Positions 34,925 through 40,398 of a stretch of 40,398 nucleotides of DNA are shown one piece after another. Positions within the stretch are counted from its first letter, which is position 1; each line of letters opens with the position of its first letter. Both the position numbers and the translations under genes were made by a program. The notes under the pieces were generated by a model, which was given only the letters and a program-made list of their open reading frames with translations, had not been told where the DNA came from and did no database searches. Source of the stretch: Nemertoderma westbladi (Eukaryota; Animalia; Xenacoelomorpha); NCBI GenBank assembly GCA_032718475.1, contig JAUCBJ010002114.1, positions 1 through 40,398 of the forward strand. Reading direction: 5' to 3'.

Positions 34925-36362
34925 TTTATTTTACCTACATTCCTACCACTCTGTCAGACACTGTCAGCTAACGGCCCTACCTTTGTTGTCGGCCGATTTC
35001 GCTGGCGCCTCTGTAGTCCCCACGTTCCCATCCTAACCAAAGTGTGGCTCTATAAACCTTACCCCCCCCCCCCCCCCCCAACCCCAACCCCCACAAAGAA
35101 TCCTCTTAGCTCACACCCCGCGATGTCGCGGGTTGTCGGCGTGTTTTCGCGCGCACAAGGACTGGCAAGCCTATTTCCCCGATACCGATACCGGCCGGGC
35201 CATTGCATTGCGTTATACCTGTACTTAATAAACTGTTGATATGACCATTACACCGCGGTTAAGGATTTATCTAAAAGTAAAACTTTCCAGTGAAAACGAA
35301 TACACAGTATTATATATTTTTATCCATTATTGATTTTAAGACCTTGAATTTTAATTTTAATGAGTGAAGCACCAATGTATCACTTATTAAGTTGCATTGT
35401 TTAATATCAATTTCGAATTTTACGTTAGGTTAATAATTATGACACAAACTGAAAAATTACCCCTATGGCAGCCTGAAAAAGGCTCTGAAAAAAGAACATA
35501 CTGTACAGTAGCTAGGATATTTTACACCTTTCATGAAGAATTCAGACATATAAATCATCAAAGATAGGCCTAATATGCTAGACAATTGCAGTGCTCAAAT
35601 TAAAAACTATACACATTGTACATTATAAACTCCATTCGTATCTTTAGAAATACCCTAACGGTTAATTCCATATAGAAATATTGTCTTTCGAACCATACCA
35701 TTTCCTTTATGAGTGCTGATTGCAGATAACTAACTTACATCGACTCGTCAATAATGGAACTAGAGAAATTAAGAAAGTTTTCAATTTCTATGACTTTGCT
35801 TTTTGTGTAAAAAAAAGCCAGAAAAGGTAAATCAGTTGTCAAGTAATTGTATATCATAGACTACTAACAGTATTGTATTACGATTTTCTAAACAACATTC
35901 AACATCAGCGCTTCGGGAAGCGATGAATATTTGGAAGTTTCCATCTCTAAGCAATAAGATATTCGCAGTGAAATTTGACAGGGCTTGTTTCGCCCGACGT
36001 AATCTTTTACAAAACTTTGTATCACCGGCTGGGTTGCTTATTGGAATCGCCTGCAATAAATATCCTCAAAAGGCCTGATCTGAAACAATTGCCACCTCCA
36101 CGCACGGAATCGGCAATGAAAGATTACTAAGCTGCTAGACAAACTTAAAGGTGTTATTCCTCAACATAAACTCCAAATGTGGAACAGCTTAAAGTAGCTG
36201 AACCATTAACTAGACTTTTTACTCAATATTACAGTACAACTAACCCATAGGCTATAAGACGATATTTTCTCTTATGAATTTGGGATATTCATATCATGAA
36301 ACTTCACATGTCACAACTTTGTAAGTACACAACATTCCCAAACACCTTTGTACAATACCACA

Positions 36363-36602
36363 CAATATACATACAAAATTGCAATGTTCTAGTGTTCTAG
36401 AGTTAATATACGGAAATAATAACCTGAAGCGAATAAAACTGAATAATCACTGATGCCGTTCCAGATGCCAGAGCGGCCTCGGTAATTATACTTGGATAAT
36501 TTGATTAAGGATACGGCAGAAGTGATTATTACAGTTTTATTCTCTGAAGGTATTTATTTCCGTATATATTAACTCTATAACATTGCATTATTGTGTTTAT
36601 TG
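36363..36602. mobile_element. Fold-back MITE-like element with ~95-100-bp imperfect inverted arms
   Basis: Left AGAGTTAATATACGGAAATAATAACCTGAAGCGAATAAAACTGAATAATCACTGATGCCGT; right ACGGCAGAAGTGATTATTACAGTTTTATTCTCTGAAGGTATTTATTTCCGTATATATTAACTCT. Confidence 0.8.
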
Positions 36603-36658
36603 TTAATTTGAGCATACAGTATTGAACGTAGTAACATTATAAAGTGTATCTACAGTAT

Positions 36659-37395
36659 TTAACCCTATCTGGCCCGGGCTACTGTATTTTACAACGTAAT
36701 TGCCCGGGGGGGGGGGGGGTTATTTTGATCGTATATAGTTTTTCGAGGTCGATGATCCGATAAAACTTGTTAAAAATATTTTCTGGCGATGCAACCATCA
36801 TTTTTGGTGCTATTTTGGTCCAAGTAAAAAAATGTCAAACTAAAATATTTTGTGTTTGGTTTGATAATTCTAAACGTATACGGATTTTCGAGGTCGCTAA
36901 TCACGATGAAAACTAGTTATAAATATTTCTGGTAAATGCAAACCCAATTTTGTTGCCATTCTGGAGCCCCAGAATGAATATTACAAGTAGCACAAAATTA
37001 TAAACTGTTAAATTTTGCCCATTTGCCTTTGGTTTGGTAATTCTGAAGCTATACTACTTTTCAAGGTCGCTGATCACAATACAACTCTTTAAAAAGTTAC
37101 TGATTCTATATCAGTAGATGATTCCACTTATTATTCAATGATGTCGGATAGCTTTTATTGGTGCCAGTTTGTACTGTAAATAAAAGTTACCTTCCTTACG
37201 AATACTGGAGTAGAATTCAAAGAGCCATTATGTCGTTCTCATTAATGTTCATTCTGTTTAGTGGCGATATACAGTATGTTTCCTTTTCCAGTTTCTTCGA
37301 GATACGATTTGAGAATAGCTACCGGTACTGTATGTGTAAAGAAAAATTGAAAATCTTATCAAAGAACGCTGATTTTCGAGATACAATGTTTTAAC
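36659..37395. mobile_element. Probable non-autonomous DNA transposon relic (TTAA|CCC start, piggyBac-like) with three internal subrepeats
   Basis: Begins TTAACCCTATCTGGCCCGGG...CCCGGG(G)n. TTTTC(G/A)AGGTCG(A/C)T(G/A)ATC recurs at ~36740, 36885 and 37058. No matching right terminus found. Confidence 0.45.
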
Positions 37396-38038
37396 ATGAT
37401 ACAACGCTAACGCAGAAAGGCAGCGTAAATTTACCAGCCCCATTCTGCCATTCAGCCATTGCTCAGTTGCTATGCCTATGCTAGCCTTAATTTATTATTC
37501 CGATAGGCCCTACAGCCCTACGGTACTGCAGTACTATGTACTACCTGATTGTCTGACTGTTGCCTTTAGCTTTACTACAGTACTACAGTGCTGCGCTGTG
37601 CAATTCTGAAATTACAGTACTGCATGTACAGTACTGCGGTACCTCAGTGCTCAGTACAGTATGCAGTACAGAGGTACTGGTCCCGCAGTCCCGGTCCAGC
37701 TGTCAGGCTGTCCGGTAAGATATCGTGAATATCTGGATATAGGCTGATAGGCTTAAAAATAGGCTACCGATACAGATACAGGCTGACAGGAGATATAGGC
37801 CTAATTATAAATTCAATATTTTAATATTCGACTCTGAAACTCCAGACTGCCAGATAGGCTGATAGGTACAGACAGACAGTGACAGAGGTACCATCAGCCG
37901 GCTGATCTCTATACCAGTATACTGCCTGACTGCTATATCCGTCTGTCCGTATATAGGCCTAAATTTTATATTATATATATTTTGAGTTAAACTACCGTAC
38001 TGTCTGACTGTAACCTGATCTTGCTTACAGTGGTTATA

Positions 38039-38191
38039 ATGACGGTTGTTAGCCAAGACCATCAAACTTCGGACCAGCAAACACCGGCAGTTATTGACAA
38101 TGCAAGTTTCCTCCGTGCTGCGCGGGCTGGCAATATCGACAAAGTTATTGAATTTTTGGACACTGGAATTGACATAAATACATGCAATGCG
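38039..38191 (+). CDS. ANK: Ankyrin (ANK1/2/3, unc-44 family), first coding exon including ankyrin repeat 1; gene continues beyond the window
   Basis: [31 protein letters not shown] closely matches the recalled ankyrin-B/G N-terminus ([31 protein letters not shown]). Acceptor ttgcttacAG at 38030, ATG at 38039, phase-0 donor GCG|GTTAGT at 38191/38192. Confidence 0.92.
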
Positions 38192-38399
38192 GTTAGTTTC
38201 CCGGCACTTGCCAGTTTCCCAGTCAGGCGAACACTAAAAATAAAGCTGATAGAGGTGGCTAAATAGACCTATCTGCCTATTGCTAATTTATAAGTAACGT
38301 CCAACACGAAACGTCCGACACTAGGCCTATTCCGCACAACTTTGAATGGCAAATATCGGCTTTAAAAGATCTGCAGTGCAATTGCGAAAACCTTTTCGA

Positions 38400-40232
38400 A
38401 AAATAGAATAATCAGACAGTCAGATAGTTGAGCCACAATTTGAGACCAATAACAATAACATACAGCGATACCGGCACCAGTCTGCGGCATTAATTGCAAT
38501 CAAAAATACAATTTGTGGGAAAAGTTGTGCTAAGGGGCGCCTCAAAGCTGATAGTCCTGAAGAACGTGTTGGGAAATAGAAAGATCACTTCAGCAACTTG
38601 CTTGGGCAGCCACCAAACATCAAGGCCATCCCTACAAGGAAAATATAGGCATATGACAAGGCGCTACCTATAGAAACAGGGGACTTCACACCCGCCGAAC
38701 TCTAAAGAAGCATTAAAAGCATGTCCAATCATAAAGCGAATGGATTGGATGAAATCCCTGCAGATGTATGGAAAAGATGAGTGCTAGACAGACCATTATT
38801 GAATGTTTGCAACCGGATGTTAAAAGGGGAATAGCCACCACCAATTTGGAGTAAAGGTCAACTAAAGCCTCTCCCTAAGAAGTTGTAAGAAAGGAGACCT
38901 CGGTATACCAACAAACTATCGTGTGATCTGTCTGCTTGTGGTAGCTGCCAAAATATATAACAAAATGATTCTATATAGAATTAGGCCGCACATAGAGAAA
39001 CTGCTGGTTAAGAGCCAAAACGGATTTCGACCAAATAGATAAACAATAGCTCAGATACTTGTGCTACGGAGACTGATTGAAGGAATTAAGTCAAAGAATC
39101 TCCCTGCGCCTGCAGTCATGACTTTTGTGGACTTCAAGAAGGCATTCGACTCCATCCATAGAGGTAAACTGCTGGAAATCCTAAGAGCTTATTGAATACC
39201 AGATGTAATGGTGGCTGGCATTGGATTGTTATAATGTGACACAGAAGCTCAGGTATTCTCACCAGATGGTGAAACTCAGTTATTCTCAATCCTAGCTGGC
39301 GTACTGCAAGGTGACACATTAACGTCATTACTATTTGCAATTGTACTGGATTACGCAATGAGGACAGCCACAAAGGGTGAAGATCTGGGATTCACACTTC
39401 AAGAACGCAGAAGTAGTAGATATCCCGCAACTACAGTCACAGGCACCGACTTTGCGGATGACATCGCTCTGCTCTCTAATACCCTAGCAGATGCACAGCT
39501 CCTTCTACTAAATAAAGTGGAGAGGGCTGCTAAGGAGGTTGGATTGCATATCAATGCTACAAAGACCGAATTCATGACCTTTAATGTTGATGGAAACTTG
39601 ACAACAATTGATAATAATCAACTAAGGAAGGTCGATGACTTCCAGTACCTTGGGTCATGGATATAGAGTAGCAAAAAAGGCATAAGTTAGGAAAGCAAAG
39701 GCTTGGGCAGCTCTATCAAAAATGGATACCATCTGGAAATCAGACATCTCCAGGCACCTGAAGACTAAGTTCTTTCGAGCCACAGTGGAAAGTGTATTTT
39801 TATACGGGGGTGAGACCTGGACACTGACTAAATCACTTGAACAACAAAACAATTGGTTGCTACACAAGACTACTAAGGGCAGCCCTAAAAATCAGCTGGA
39901 GACAACGCATGACAAACGCCGAGCTTTATGGTACAATACCACCTGTATCAACCACCCTCCGTGAACGCAGATTAAGATTCAGTGGGCACTGCTGGCGAAG
40001 TAAAGACGAGGTCATACCATATCTACTTCTCTGGCAACCAACACATGGAAAGCGTAGTCGTGGACGACCGGCCATAACATATATAGATCAACTTGAAAGG
40101 GATACTGAACTTGGGAGAAACGAAATTGCGACCACTATTGAGAATCGGGAAGCCTGGAAGGATCTCATTCCCACTGTCCGAGCGAGTTCGCTCGACCTAG
40201 TGGTGATAAAGATAGAGAAGGCAGGCGGTTAA
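38400..40232 (+). mobile_element. Decayed 5'-truncated RTE/RTEX-type non-LTR retrotransposon in the ankyrin intron
   Basis: RT motifs across frames: HFSNLLG, KANGLDEIPADVWK, KGDL...NYR, QNGFR, FVDFKKAFDSIHR, GVLQGDTL, DFADDIALL, FQYLGSWI, and C-terminal RLRFSGHCWR...RSRGRP. Many stops and frameshifts; left boundary approximate. Confidence 0.9.
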
Positions 40233-40398
40233 TATTAGAGCCTACAATATCGGATAATATGATAATACAAGACAATAATGATATATTGCATTTAGTCAGA
40301 AGAAATTTAAAGAAATTAAAATTGTCCTAAACCGGAATACCGGTATATATAAAATTCAGTTTATAATACCGTATGTAACAAAGTATAGTATAAGTCCA

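Noticed and set aside
35832-36056. 74-aa minus-strand ORF
   Set aside because: No recognisable motif or convincing splice signals; TTG start.

Overview
AT-rich, repeat-dense genomic DNA from an animal, probably an invertebrate (spliceosomal introns, LINEs, MITEs); no prokaryotic features. Left to right: (1) 5' half of a minus-strand Bel/Pao LTR retrotransposon whose protease is fused in frame to the end of RNase H, so the reverse transcriptase is missing; (2) a 2.8-kb near-palindromic 20-bp satellite; (3) an intact, intronless clan-2 cytochrome P450 bracketed by two copies of one MITE family; (4) an 18-bp minisatellite; (5) a two-exon RNF31/HOIP (LUBAC catalytic subunit) gene on the minus strand, whose only coding intron is about 100 tandem copies of its own 5' splice site; (6) a 15-bp satellite ending in a fold-back; (7) a 5'-truncated CR1/L2-group LINE between 184-bp perfect direct repeats; (8) a decayed IS3EU-like transposase element; (9) two MITE-like relics; (10) the first coding exon of an ankyrin gene, with a decayed RTE-type LINE in the following intron. 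The long ORFs listed inside the satellites are artefacts. All family assignments come from recalled motifs read by eye, not from database searches.
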